Source: Parcubacteria group bacterium M10-OD1-1
GTDB taxonomy: Bacteria > Patescibacteriota > Minisyncoccia > Moranbacterales > UBA2206
Assembly: GCA_003056145.1 (NCBI GenBank)
Contig: LSNL01000006.1
Location: 6,119-70,118 of the forward strand
DNA: 64,000 nt
Reading direction: 5' to 3'
The position numbers and the translations under genes are program-made. The notes below the pieces were generated by a model. That model saw nothing but the letters and a program-made list of their open reading frames with translations. It was not told the origin of the DNA and ran no database searches. Below, one piece after another: positions 17,281-26,080 of this stretch; positions within the stretch are counted from its first letter, which is position 1, and every line of letters starts with the position of its first letter.

Positions 17281-19068
17281 TTATTTTTTTCTAGATGATT
17301 TATTTCTTTCATTTTCGCTCAAGCCCTGCTTTCTAAGACGTACCGATTCTGGTGTAATTTCTAAATATTCATCTTCATTTATAATTTCTAAACCCCGTTC
17401 AATAGAAATAGTAACTGGTGGAATTAATTGAATTGCTTCGTCAGCTCCACTAGATCGCATATTAGAAAGTTGTTTTCCTTTGGTTGGATTAACTGCCATA
17501 TCATTTCCCCTAGTAACATTTCCAATTACCATTCCTTCATAAACTTCTGTCGCTGGCTTAATATAAAGCACTCCTCGTTCTTGTAAATTAGCTAAAGAAA
17601 ATCCCAAAGATTTACCAGTTGTCATAGAAACCATTGAGCCAACTTCTTTTCTTTTTATTTCTCCAACATAAGGTTTAAAACCGATTACTTGCGAACAAAG
17701 AATTCCTTCACCTTTAGTGTCAACTACAAACTGACCTCGATAACCCAATAATCCCCTGGTTGGAATCTCAAAAAGCATCCGAGTTTGTGTTCCAATTGAT
17801 TGCATATCAGTCATAATTCCTTTTCTTTTCCCTAGTGTTTCGATCACTCCTCCTGATAATTCACTTGGAACATCAATTGTCACTTCTTCAAAAGGTTCTG
17901 ATTTCACTCCATCAATTTCTTTAATAATTACTTGTGGTTGAGAAACTTGAATTTCAAAACCTTCCCGTCTCATATTTTCTAATAGAACTGCTATGTGTAA
18001 TTCTCCTCGCCCAGAAACACTAAAATATTCTGAAGTAGAAAAATCAACTTTTAATCCTTTATTAATTTCCAATTCTTTTTCTAGACGTTCCCGGATTTGT
18101 TTTCCCGTTACAAATTTTCCTTCTCGTCCTGCAAAAGGAGAATCATTAACTAAAAATCTCAAAGTAATAGTTGGCTCATCAATAGTAATAACTGGTAAAG
18201 CTTCTTGAGAAGGATCATCACAAAATGTTTCACCTATTTCTACATCAGGAAATCCAGCTAACATTACGATATCTCCAGCTTGAGCTTCATCAACCTCTTC
18301 TCTCGTGACTCCCCTAAAAGTAAAAAGTTTAGTTACTCTACCAGTAGTCGTTTCACCATTAATCTTTTTTAAAGTTATCGATTGCCCTGTTTTAATTATT
18401 CCTTCGTAAATTCTCACTACCGCTAATCGTCCTAAAAAATTGTCATAACCTAAATTAAAAGGCTGAGCGACTAATTTAGCTGAAGAATCACCACCAGCTG
18501 GTGGAATTTTTTCTAAAATAGTGTCTAAAAGCGGATTCATATTTTCACCAGCATCTTCCATATTCAGCTTAGCAACTCCATCCCTTCCAATTGCATAAAC
18601 CGTTGTGAAATCTAGTTGTTCATCATTAGCTCCTAAATCTAAAAATAACTCAAACACTTTTTCTTGCGCCATATCTGGATCAGCCGCTGGTTTATCAATC
18701 TTATTAAGAATAACTATTGGCTTTAAACCTAACTCTAAGGACTTTTTTAAAACAAATCTTGTTTGAGGCATCGGTCCTTCCTGTGCATCTACTACTAAAA
18801 GAACACTATCAATAGAACGCAAAACTCTTTCTACTTCTGAACCAAAATCAGCATGACCCGGAGTATCTACGATATTAATTTTAGTATCTTTATAAAATAA
18901 ACTAGCATTTTTTGAATAAATAGTTATCCCTCTTTCTTTCTCCAATGCATTAACATCCATTGAGACGTTTTCATCGGTTACCATCCCAGTTTGTTTCATG
19001 AGAGCATCTGTAATAGTTGTTTTGCCATGGTCTACATGAGCAATAATAGCAATATTTCTAATTTCCAT
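17281..19068 (-). CDS. typA: translational GTPase TypA/BipA
   Basis: IRNIAIIAHVDHGKTT, DTPGHADF, NKID G-domain, plus EF-G-like domains II-V and BipA C-terminus. Confidence 0.9.
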   Translation of the reverse strand: MEIRNIAIIAHVDHGKTTITDALMKQTGMVTDENVSMDVNALEKERGITIYSKNASLFYKDTKINIVDTPGHADFGSEVERVLRSIDSVLLVVDAQEGPMPQTRFVLKKSLELGLKPIVILNKIDKPAADPDMAQEKVFELFLDLGANDEQLDFTTVYAIGRDGVAKLNMEDAGENMNPLLDTILEKIPPAGGDSSAKLVAQPFNLGYDNFLGRLAVVRIYEGIIKTGQSITLKKINGETTTGRVTKLFTFRGVTREEVDEAQAGDIVMLAGFPDVEIGETFCDDPSQEALPVITIDEPTITLRFLVNDSPFAGREGKFVTGKQIRERLEKELEINKGLKVDFSTSEYFSVSGRGELHIAVLLENMRREGFEIQVSQPQVIIKEIDGVKSEPFEEVTIDVPSELSGGVIETLGKRKGIMTDMQSIGTQTRMLFEIPTRGLLGYRGQFVVDTKGEGILCSQVIGFKPYVGEIKRKEVGSMVSMTTGKSLGFSLANLQERGVLYIKPATEVYEGMVIGNVTRGNDMAVNPTKGKQLSNMRSSGADEAIQLIPPVTISIERGLEIINEDEYLEITPESVRLRKQGLSENERNKSSRKK

Positions 19069-19119
19069 AATTCTAACTCAATTAAATTTATTATAACTTT
19101 ATTTCTCTTACTTTCTAAT

Positions 19120-19151
19120 AAAAAATCCGCTGACACTTCAGCGAGAATTTT
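19120..19151 (-). terminator. rho-independent terminator downstream of the DUF134-like mini-ORF
   Basis: Minus-strand transcript CGCTGAAGTGTCAGCG followed by GATTTTTTATT. Confidence 0.55.
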
Positions 19152-19210
19152 ATAAAAACTGTTTTTCTATAATATCATTAAAAATGTCTTTTGTCAAAAA
19201 TTGTTTGCAA

Positions 19211-19399
19211 TTATTTTTTGACAATTTTTATAGCTTTTCCATTAATCAAAGCATCAGCAATTTTTTTATGAGCCGAGTGTAATATTCGCTGAAAAGTACT
19301 TTGAGATGTTTGCATTTTATCGGCAGCTTCTTGCTGATTTATATCTTCAATATACCTCAAACGATAAGATTCTATTCTTAAACGAAAGTTGCTAACCTC
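19211..19399 (-). pseudogene. DUF134/sigma-70 region-4-like HTH coding remnant or non-ATG-initiated mini-gene (...LRYIEDINQQEAADKMQTSQSTFQRILHSAHKKIADALINGKAIKIVKK)
   Basis: Hand-translated minus-strand frame; absent from the ORF track because it has no upstream ATG. The only in-frame ATG gives 34 aa; TTG is a possible start. Confidence 0.4.
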
Positions 19400-19715
19400 T
19401 ATTTACAGGGCTATAAGAGGCTAGCTATCTGCTTTCTTTTATATTCACTAATTTTTCAACACTTATTTCTCTTCTTTGATTGTCGCTAATTACTCTCTTA
19501 ATATTTTTCTTCCTCTTCAGACGTAACTAATTTATTTTTTGAAGAAATAAATCTACTCCTAACATCTATTATGATTATATACCCATAGCAAATTCTTGTC
19601 GTTAGATTTAATTACACTTATAAATCTAGTAAAAAGCATCCATATAATACAGCTCCTTGCACATTCAATAATATGAATATATAATTACTAATATAACATC
19701 AATATAAAAATAAAA

Positions 19716-20450
19716 ATGGAAGAACAAGCTAACAATGCTAGTGAAAAAATTCAATCACTACGCGAAATGATTCAAAACGCCGAAAAAACTCTCCAAGGGG
19801 CAAAAGCTATGCTTTTACAGCTTGAAGGAAAAAAGAAAGTTGGTCGGAAGAAAAAAGATAACTCTGGTGAAGGAAAAATAGTTGAAGGAACTTTTGACGG
19901 ACAAATTATGATTGGATCAGATGGAAAACAATATCCAGTCCCAGCTAATTATGCATCTAAATCTAAGCTGGTAGAAGGTGATATGTTAAAATTAACTATT
20001 ACCCTAGATGGATTTTTTATCTATAAACAAATTGGGCCAATTGAAAGAAAGGTATTAATTGGTATCGCTAGTTTAGATGCTAACGGAAATTATTTTGTTG
20101 CCTCAGAAGGAAAAGCCTACAAAGTCCTTCTGGCTTCTATTACTTATTTTAAAGTAGAACCAGGAGATGAAGTTACACTAGTTATTCCTAGGGATATTAA
20201 TTCTGATTGGGGAGCTATTGAAAATGTTTTACAAAAATCTAAAGAGTTAACAATAAAAACTGACGATTTTTCTGAATTTAATGATTCTTCTTCGACGAAG
20301 AATTTCTCACCTTCAACAATTACCAGTCCTGACTTTCAAAATCAAACAGAAGAAAAAAAATCTCCTCAACCCATTTCTACTTCCTCAATAGTTGATGAAT
20401 GGGCACCAGACATTGAAGAGTTAAGAAAAGAATTAAGTGATAATAATTAA
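19716..20450 (+). CDS. hypothetical protein with N-terminal coiled coil (244 aa)
   Basis: Intact ORF after a 650-bp AT-rich leader. No family recognised. Confidence 0.45.
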   Translation: MEEQANNASEKIQSLREMIQNAEKTLQGAKAMLLQLEGKKKVGRKKKDNSGEGKIVEGTFDGQIMIGSDGKQYPVPANYASKSKLVEGDMLKLTITLDGFFIYKQIGPIERKVLIGIASLDANGNYFVASEGKAYKVLLASITYFKVEPGDEVTLVIPRDINSDWGAIENVLQKSKELTIKTDDFSEFNDSSSTKNFSPSTITSPDFQNQTEEKKSPQPISTSSIVDEWAPDIEELRKELSDNN

Positions 20451-20463
20451 ACTATTTAAATAA

Positions 20464-21168
20464 ATGAAAATGGAAACTGCAAATCAAAATACAGAACTCA
20501 ATCCAGAAATCAAGGAAGAAGTTTTATTAAAGAAAGATTACTGGCTCGGTATTATCGTTGGATTACTTATTGGTGTAATGTTTATGCCAGTCTTGAAGGT
20601 TATTAAGCCTAATCTTTATTTTCAATTAAGGTTTATTATTATTCCTTTCTTTTTAATCGGTACGCCACTTGGCTTAATAGTTTCTCATAAAATTAGTAAG
20701 CTTAGTAAGAAATTATCGGTCATTTGGCAATTAGCTAAATTTGTCGTAACAGGGATTATGAATGTTCTAGTTGACTTTGGAACTTTAACCATCATAACTA
20801 TTTTATTAAGAAATTACTTCCATATTAATTCAACTGACATTATTCTTAGTTTAGGAATAACAGTTACTTTCTATTCTTTATATAAAGCTACCTCTTTTAC
20901 AGTTTCCAATATCAATAGTTATTTTTGGAATAAATATTGGACTTTTGATAAAAGAGGTGATAATCAATCAGAATTTATTCAATTTTTTATTGTTAGCATT
21001 GTTGGATTTATAATTAATGTGGTAGTGGCTTCGTTTGTTTTCAGTGGTTTCCAACCTTTTGCTGGAATGAACGCTGATCAATGGGGTTTAATTGGTGCAG
21101 CAGCTGGATCAATTGCTGGTCTAGCTTGGAATTTTCTTGGCTATAAATTTATCGTTTTTAAAAAATAA
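20464..21168 (+). CDS. GtrA-family membrane protein (polysaccharide-synthesis flippase-associated)
   Basis: C-terminal four-helix GtrA-like region (FVVTGIMNVLVDFG...WNFLGYKFIVFKK), preceded by two extra TM helices. Confidence 0.55.
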   Translation: MKMETANQNTELNPEIKEEVLLKKDYWLGIIVGLLIGVMFMPVLKVIKPNLYFQLRFIIIPFFLIGTPLGLIVSHKISKLSKKLSVIWQLAKFVVTGIMNVLVDFGTLTIITILLRNYFHINSTDIILSLGITVTFYSLYKATSFTVSNINSYFWNKYWTFDKRGDNQSEFIQFFIVSIVGFIINVVVASFVFSGFQPFAGMNADQWGLIGAAAGSIAGLAWNFLGYKFIVFKK

Positions 21169-21309
21169 TTTTTCTTTTCTCTTTTAAGGTTTAGCTACCT
21201 TCTAAATATTCCCCAGTTTGTTTTCCTGCCACAAATTTTCATCATACAAAGAAGGGATAGCCAAATATTTGGTTATCCCTTTAAATAATATTCTAATCTT
21301 CGAAATATT

Positions 21310-21519
21310 TTATTTCTTATTTTTTTGAATATTTTTGAAAAAAATTTTTTGCTGGTCTATTAGTTCAGCTAATCTTCTTTTAAGATTAGCTAGCCTCTTC
21401 CTGTGATGAAACGGAGTCGCCAAAATTTTTTGACGAACATTATTTATCTCTCTGGAGAGTTTCCCTCTCACTCTCTTCTCCTTCTTGCCAACAACTGAAC
21501 CTAATTTTCCCTGCATCAT
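21310..21519 (-). CDS. hypothetical small basic protein (69 aa)
   Basis: Isolated ORF between convergent genes; hairpin AGGGATAGCCAAATATTTGGTTATCCCT lies downstream. Could be spurious. Confidence 0.3.
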   Translation of the reverse strand: MMQGKLGSVVGKKEKRVRGKLSREINNVRQKILATPFHHRKRLANLKRRLAELIDQQKIFFKNIQKNKK

Positions 21520-21683
21520 AAGTCTCCTGTTTCTTAACCATTTTTTAGCTAGCCTTTAAAGCTAACTTCCTCTTCTTATTTAAGAAATAAAATACTCTAT
21601 CTTTTCAAATTTTATTCTACTGCTCTGAAAAAAATATGTCAAATATTAATTATAATTACTTTTTTTAAGCCTAAGCCATTTTT

Positions 21684-21712
21684 TTGCAAACGAAGATTAG
21701 CAATGCTATAAT
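21684..21712 (+). promoter_or_regulatory. sigma-70-type promoter for dnaX (TTGCAA - 17 bp - TATAAT)
   Basis: Near-consensus -35/-10 hexamers with a 17-bp spacer, ~70 nt upstream of the dnaX ATG. Confidence 0.55.
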
Positions 21713-21784
21713 ATTAATATCAAAAAGCATTAACTTTATATAATCAAAAAGGGGCGCCTTAGGTGCTTTTATTATTTAAAAAAT

Positions 21785-23380
21785 ATGTCAGAAACTTTAT
21801 ATAGAAAATATAGACCAAATAATTTTTCCGAAGTTATCGGGCAAGCTCATATTGTTCGGACGCTTTCTAACTCCATTCAACATCAGCGAATTAGTCAAGC
21901 CTATCTCTTTACTGGACCTAGAGGAACCGGAAAAACTTCAGTGGCTAGAATATTTGCTAAAACAATTAATTGTGAAAATCTGCAAGGAGTTATAACTTGT
22001 GAACAATGTTCTGCTTGTCAACTTATCACTCAAGGTAAAGCCATGGATATAATTGAAATTGACGCTGCCTCTAACACTGGAGTAGATAATATTCGAGATT
22101 TACGAGAAACTATCGCTTTAGCTCCTGCCTCTCTACGTTATAAAGTTTATATTATTGACGAAGTTCATATGTTATCTACTGGTGCTTTTAACGCTCTTCT
22201 AAAAACTTTAGAAGAACCTCCCGCTCATGCTATTTTTATTCTTGCAACTACCGAAATTCATAAAGTTCCAGAAACCATCATTTCTCGTTGTCAAAAATTT
22301 GATTTTTCTCGTCTTTCCTTGCCAAATATCATTGAAAAATTATCTCTCATCGCCAAAAAAGAAAAAATAAAAGTTGAAAAAGACGCGCTTGAAATGATTG
22401 CTCTTGCAGCTGAAGGTGGAATGCGTGATGCCGAATCTCTCTTTGGTCAAATAATTTCTTTAGAAGATAAAAATATTACTCTTCAAGAGGTAGAAGAAAT
22501 TTTAGGCACTACTGATAAAAAAACCGTAGGTGAAATTGCTAAACTAATTATTGAAAAACAATCCACCCTAGCTATTACTAAAATTAATAAATTAGTTGAA
22601 GATGGCTATGATTTACAAATATTTACCAAGGCTCTTATTAATTATTTTCGTCAACTGATGCTTCTAAAAGTGAATGTCACTTTAGAAAAATATCTTCTTT
22701 CGGAAGTTCCTCAAGATCAAATAAAAAAAATGATTAAGTTAGTTCAAGTAGTCGGAATTGATGAAATAATTTTAGTTATTAATTTATTAATCCAAGCTCA
22801 AAAAGAAATTCCTAGTTCTATCCTCCCTCAACTACCGATGGAAATTGCTATTATAAAAGCTACTCATCAATTTCCTGCTCCTGAAAAAGAATTCACTCAA
22901 GAAATTGTTGAAAATAACAAATTGCCAGAAACTCCCCTCAAGACTTCCGCTGTCAATATTGAAGCAGAAGTTTCCTTAAAAGATTCTACCGGCCATTCAA
23001 TTTCTCAGCTTACGCTTGAACAAGTTACAAATAATTGGAAAAAATTATTAGTTGATATTCGTCCTTACAATCATTCTATGTCAGCTTTGCTAATTAGTTG
23101 TCAACCTCAGAAAGTTCAAGCTAATCAAATTACCATTGCTACGCCATATGAGTTTTATTGTGAAAGATTAAACGAAACAAAAAATAAATTGACAATTGAA
23201 GAAGTTTTTAGTAAAATATTACAATGTGCAGTCATAATTAATGTTGTTATTGATAAATCTATTGCTCCTAAAAAAGAAACTACTCCTCTCGGTTCAGAGA
23301 CGCCAAAAACTACCTCTAAGCAAGATTCTCTGCTTAAATCAGCCTTAGAAATTATGGGAGGACAAATAGTAGAAGAATAG
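21785..23380 (+). CDS. dnaX: DNA polymerase III subunit gamma/tau DnaX
   Basis: YRP..F.EVIGQ, Walker A GPRGTGKTS, Zn module CEQCSACQ, DEVHML box, sensor motifs. Confidence 0.9.
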   Translation: MSETLYRKYRPNNFSEVIGQAHIVRTLSNSIQHQRISQAYLFTGPRGTGKTSVARIFAKTINCENLQGVITCEQCSACQLITQGKAMDIIEIDAASNTGVDNIRDLRETIALAPASLRYKVYIIDEVHMLSTGAFNALLKTLEEPPAHAIFILATTEIHKVPETIISRCQKFDFSRLSLPNIIEKLSLIAKKEKIKVEKDALEMIALAAEGGMRDAESLFGQIISLEDKNITLQEVEEILGTTDKKTVGEIAKLIIEKQSTLAITKINKLVEDGYDLQIFTKALINYFRQLMLLKVNVTLEKYLLSEVPQDQIKKMIKLVQVVGIDEIILVINLLIQAQKEIPSSILPQLPMEIAIIKATHQFPAPEKEFTQEIVENNKLPETPLKTSAVNIEAEVSLKDSTGHSISQLTLEQVTNNWKKLLVDIRPYNHSMSALLISCQPQKVQANQITIATPYEFYCERLNETKNKLTIEEVFSKILQCAVIINVVIDKSIAPKKETTPLGSETPKTTSKQDSLLKSALEIMGGQIVEE

Positions 23381-23388
23381 AATAATAT

Positions 23389-23460
23389 TGCCCGGTCGCC
23401 AAGTGGTAAGGCACATGGTTTTGGTCCATGCATTCGGGGGTTCGAATCCCTCCCGGGCAA
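23389..23460 (+). tRNA. tRNA-Gln (anticodon UUG)
   Basis: Hand-folded cloverleaf: acceptor TGCCCGG/CCGGGCA, anticodon stem CATGG/CCATG with loop TTTTGGT, T-arm GGTTCGAATCC. Strong overall similarity to bacterial tRNA-Gln; discriminator A, CCA not encoded. Confidence 0.85.
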
Positions 23461-23555
23461 CAATCAGGCTTTTTTATTGAGCAACCTAGAAAATTCTAGA
23501 AAGTCTAAAAAAGTCATTAAAAAAACAACGTCATTCGCATTGTTCTAAAAATAAT

Positions 23556-24068
23556 TTATTTTTTCTTACTCATCCAAGAAAAATTATAATGATTTATCCT
23601 TTCATTAAAACGCGGGAAAATAATTTTCCAAACCAGATATACGCAGAAAATAGCAATTATCAAACTACCTAAAATATCTTCCGCATGATGCACTCCAACA
23701 AGCACTCTAGCTACACCCACCATGACTGCCACCATAAAAAAAATCCATCCAATTTTTTTTCTAAAAGCATATATCACAGACGCAACCGCACTTAAAATTA
23801 ACATATGGTCCGATGGAAATCCATTATCAGCGTTATGAGAAATAAGTGGAACAAAATGACCCATGACAAACGGACGCGGATCATAAAAAACTAAAGACAA
23901 TAATTTAGCAACTAGATAAGTTGTTGGTAAAGCTATAACTGCGAAAACAAACATTCGTTTGCGCTCCAAAGTAGATAACTTTAAAAAAACCCAAACCGCT
24001 ACTATTAAAGCTACAAAAACCAAGTCTTTAGCTATAAAAATAATAACAATATTTAAAATATTAGACAT
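23556..24068 (-). CDS. PAP2-family phosphatase (undecaprenyl-diphosphatase-like)
   Basis: PAP2 motifs KxxxxxxRP (DPRPF), PSDH, and ARVLVGVHHAED. Confidence 0.7.
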   Translation of the reverse strand: MSNILNIVIIFIAKDLVFVALIVAVWVFLKLSTLERKRMFVFAVIALPTTYLVAKLLSLVFYDPRPFVMGHFVPLISHNADNGFPSDHMLILSAVASVIYAFRKKIGWIFFMVAVMVGVARVLVGVHHAEDILGSLIIAIFCVYLVWKIIFPRFNERINHYNFSWMSKKK

Positions 24069-24175
24069 CTGATTATATTTTTTTATACCACTCGCTAAAT
24101 TACTAACTAATTATATAATGAATAATTAAGTTACACAATTATATTTGGGCTACTCTATTAGCAAAAGTTCTTGAT

Positions 24176-26071
24176 CTATATCATAGCCTTAATAATTTTT
24201 TCTAATTTAGTAGTTGCTACTCCTAAAACACTATCTCCTCCTCCATAATATATAAAAATAGTACCATTTCTGTTAACAATTCCACAAGGAAAAACCACTT
24301 GTGAAACTTGTCCATTTTTTTCATAATCAGTTTCAGGTTCAAAAATAAAATCAGTGGTTCTAGCTAATATTAAGGTAGGATTTTTTAATTGTAATAATAA
24401 AGCACCCACCCTATAAGTACTATCATCAGCTACTCCGTGATAAAATAATAACCAACCATATTTAGTTTTTAAGGGTGGAGCTGTTATTCCTACTTTCTGA
24501 CTATCCCACATTCCAATTCTAGGACCAATAATCGGCGTAAAGCTGTTAATTTTATCAATAGAAAAATTCAATGATTTAATTGGATCCAAACAAATATGGT
24601 TATGAGCTCGATGAAAAACCATATAGTGTCCGTTAACTTTTTCTGGGAGTAAACAAGCATCTTTATTGTCTATTTTCTGAGGCGTGATAATCTCTGGTTT
24701 CTCCCAATTCCACTTTTTAGCTAAAAAATCCTTAACTGTAATATTGGTAACCGCCACTCCTGGTGGATTTACTCCATCGTAAGCCGTATAAAACATATAT
24801 AGCTTACCACCAATTTGAGTAATCCGTGGATCCTCACAACCAGAATTTCCTGGATGAGTTTTCATTTCAAATGATTCTCTCGGAATATAAATTGGAGTTT
24901 CCAATCTTTCTGAAATATTTTCTCCATTTTCAGAACTAGCATAACCCAGAACAGAAGTATCATCCTCTCCCATGGCTCGATAAATAATATGAACCTTTCC
25001 TTCTAATTCAACAGCAGCAGGATTAAACACAGCTTTATTTTCCCACAGATGCTCTTTCTTAGGAGCTAAGATAGGATTATTTCTACTTCGTAAACAAACT
25101 GGTTCTTTTTTTAAACTAGACAACAAATCATCTAAATTAACACTAGCTCGACAACAGGTAGTATCAGTTGCTCCGTAATAAATAACTAATTTTTTATCTG
25201 CAATAAAAGAACCAGAAGGAAAAACTATATTTGGTGCTTGACCAAACTCTTCATAAATTTTTTCTGGAACCAAAAGTGGACCAGAAGTTCTTGCTATTAT
25301 CTTTTTTGGATGCTCTAAATCTAACAATAAAGCTTCCACGCCAAAAATCTTATCTTCGCTAAAATAGTTTTGAATATGTGAATAGATTAATAACCAGCCA
25401 TCTTTAGTTTTGATTGGCACAGCTCCAATTTCTACTTGATCATTTTTACTTCTCTTAAGATCAATTCTATGTTCTTCAATATTTTCATACCATTTTTCCC
25501 AATAATCTGACGACCAAAGTTCTTCTAGCTCATCAAATTCAGCTAAGGCGGTTATAACAGGAGGTTTGTCAGTATTAACACTCAGCATCACAACATATTT
25601 TCCATTTATCTTTTCTGGGAAAAGAACCATTGCTTTAGCATTAAAAGGAGTGACTAAATGTTTAGATTCTATTTTTTTAAAATCTTTAGTTATAGCCACC
25701 GCCACTTTGATACCTTCAGCCGAAAAAGGAAAAACAGAAAGAGCAGTATAAAAAATATAATAAGCATCATCAATTTTTGTAACTCGAGGATCTTCACAAC
25801 CAAATTTTTCCCATTCATATTCTGGCACCACTAGTTGTCGACGTTTTTCAAAATTATGACCGTGAACATCTGAGCTTTCAGTATAGCCAACTGAAGAAAT
25901 GTGTAATTCTTCCCCGTGTACATATTCTATATTAGAAACTGCTCGATAAACAGAACGCACTTTATTTTTATCTTGAATAGGACACCAATTAAAAGCTCCA
26001 AAGGACTCCCAAGGATGATCAGTAATAGGGCTTAATAATGGGTTATGTTTTGATCGTCTAATAACCAGCAT
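24176..26071 (-). CDS. double-module GH130-family glycoside phosphorylase/hydrolase (beta-mannoside phosphorylase-like)
   Basis: Two tandem copies of the GH130/DUF377 pattern: (CEDPRVTKI...YYIFYTA...GWLLIYSHI...IYYGATD) and (AVFNPAAVE...IIYRAMGEDD...CEDPRITQIGGKLYMFYTAYDG...GWLLFYHGV...IYYGGGDS). Confidence 0.7.
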   Translation of the reverse strand: MLVIRRSKHNPLLSPITDHPWESFGAFNWCPIQDKNKVRSVYRAVSNIEYVHGEELHISSVGYTESSDVHGHNFEKRRQLVVPEYEWEKFGCEDPRVTKIDDAYYIFYTALSVFPFSAEGIKVAVAITKDFKKIESKHLVTPFNAKAMVLFPEKINGKYVVMLSVNTDKPPVITALAEFDELEELWSSDYWEKWYENIEEHRIDLKRSKNDQVEIGAVPIKTKDGWLLIYSHIQNYFSEDKIFGVEALLLDLEHPKKIIARTSGPLLVPEKIYEEFGQAPNIVFPSGSFIADKKLVIYYGATDTTCCRASVNLDDLLSSLKKEPVCLRSRNNPILAPKKEHLWENKAVFNPAAVELEGKVHIIYRAMGEDDTSVLGYASSENGENISERLETPIYIPRESFEMKTHPGNSGCEDPRITQIGGKLYMFYTAYDGVNPPGVAVTNITVKDFLAKKWNWEKPEIITPQKIDNKDACLLPEKVNGHYMVFHRAHNHICLDPIKSLNFSIDKINSFTPIIGPRIGMWDSQKVGITAPPLKTKYGWLLFYHGVADDSTYRVGALLLQLKNPTLILARTTDFIFEPETDYEKNGQVSQVVFPCGIVNRNGTIFIYYGGGDSVLGVATTKLEKIIKAMI

Positions 26072-26080
26072 AATTTATTT

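Noticed and set aside
21520-21784. SRP RNA (ffs) upstream of dnaX
   Set aside because: The expected conserved domain-IV motifs are not discernible in the spacer; only a promoter is evident. Left as absent pending a covariance-model scan.
23155-23463. 102-aa minus-strand ORF
   Set aside because: It overlaps the clearly folded tRNA-Gln on the opposite strand and the end of dnaX; antisense artefact.
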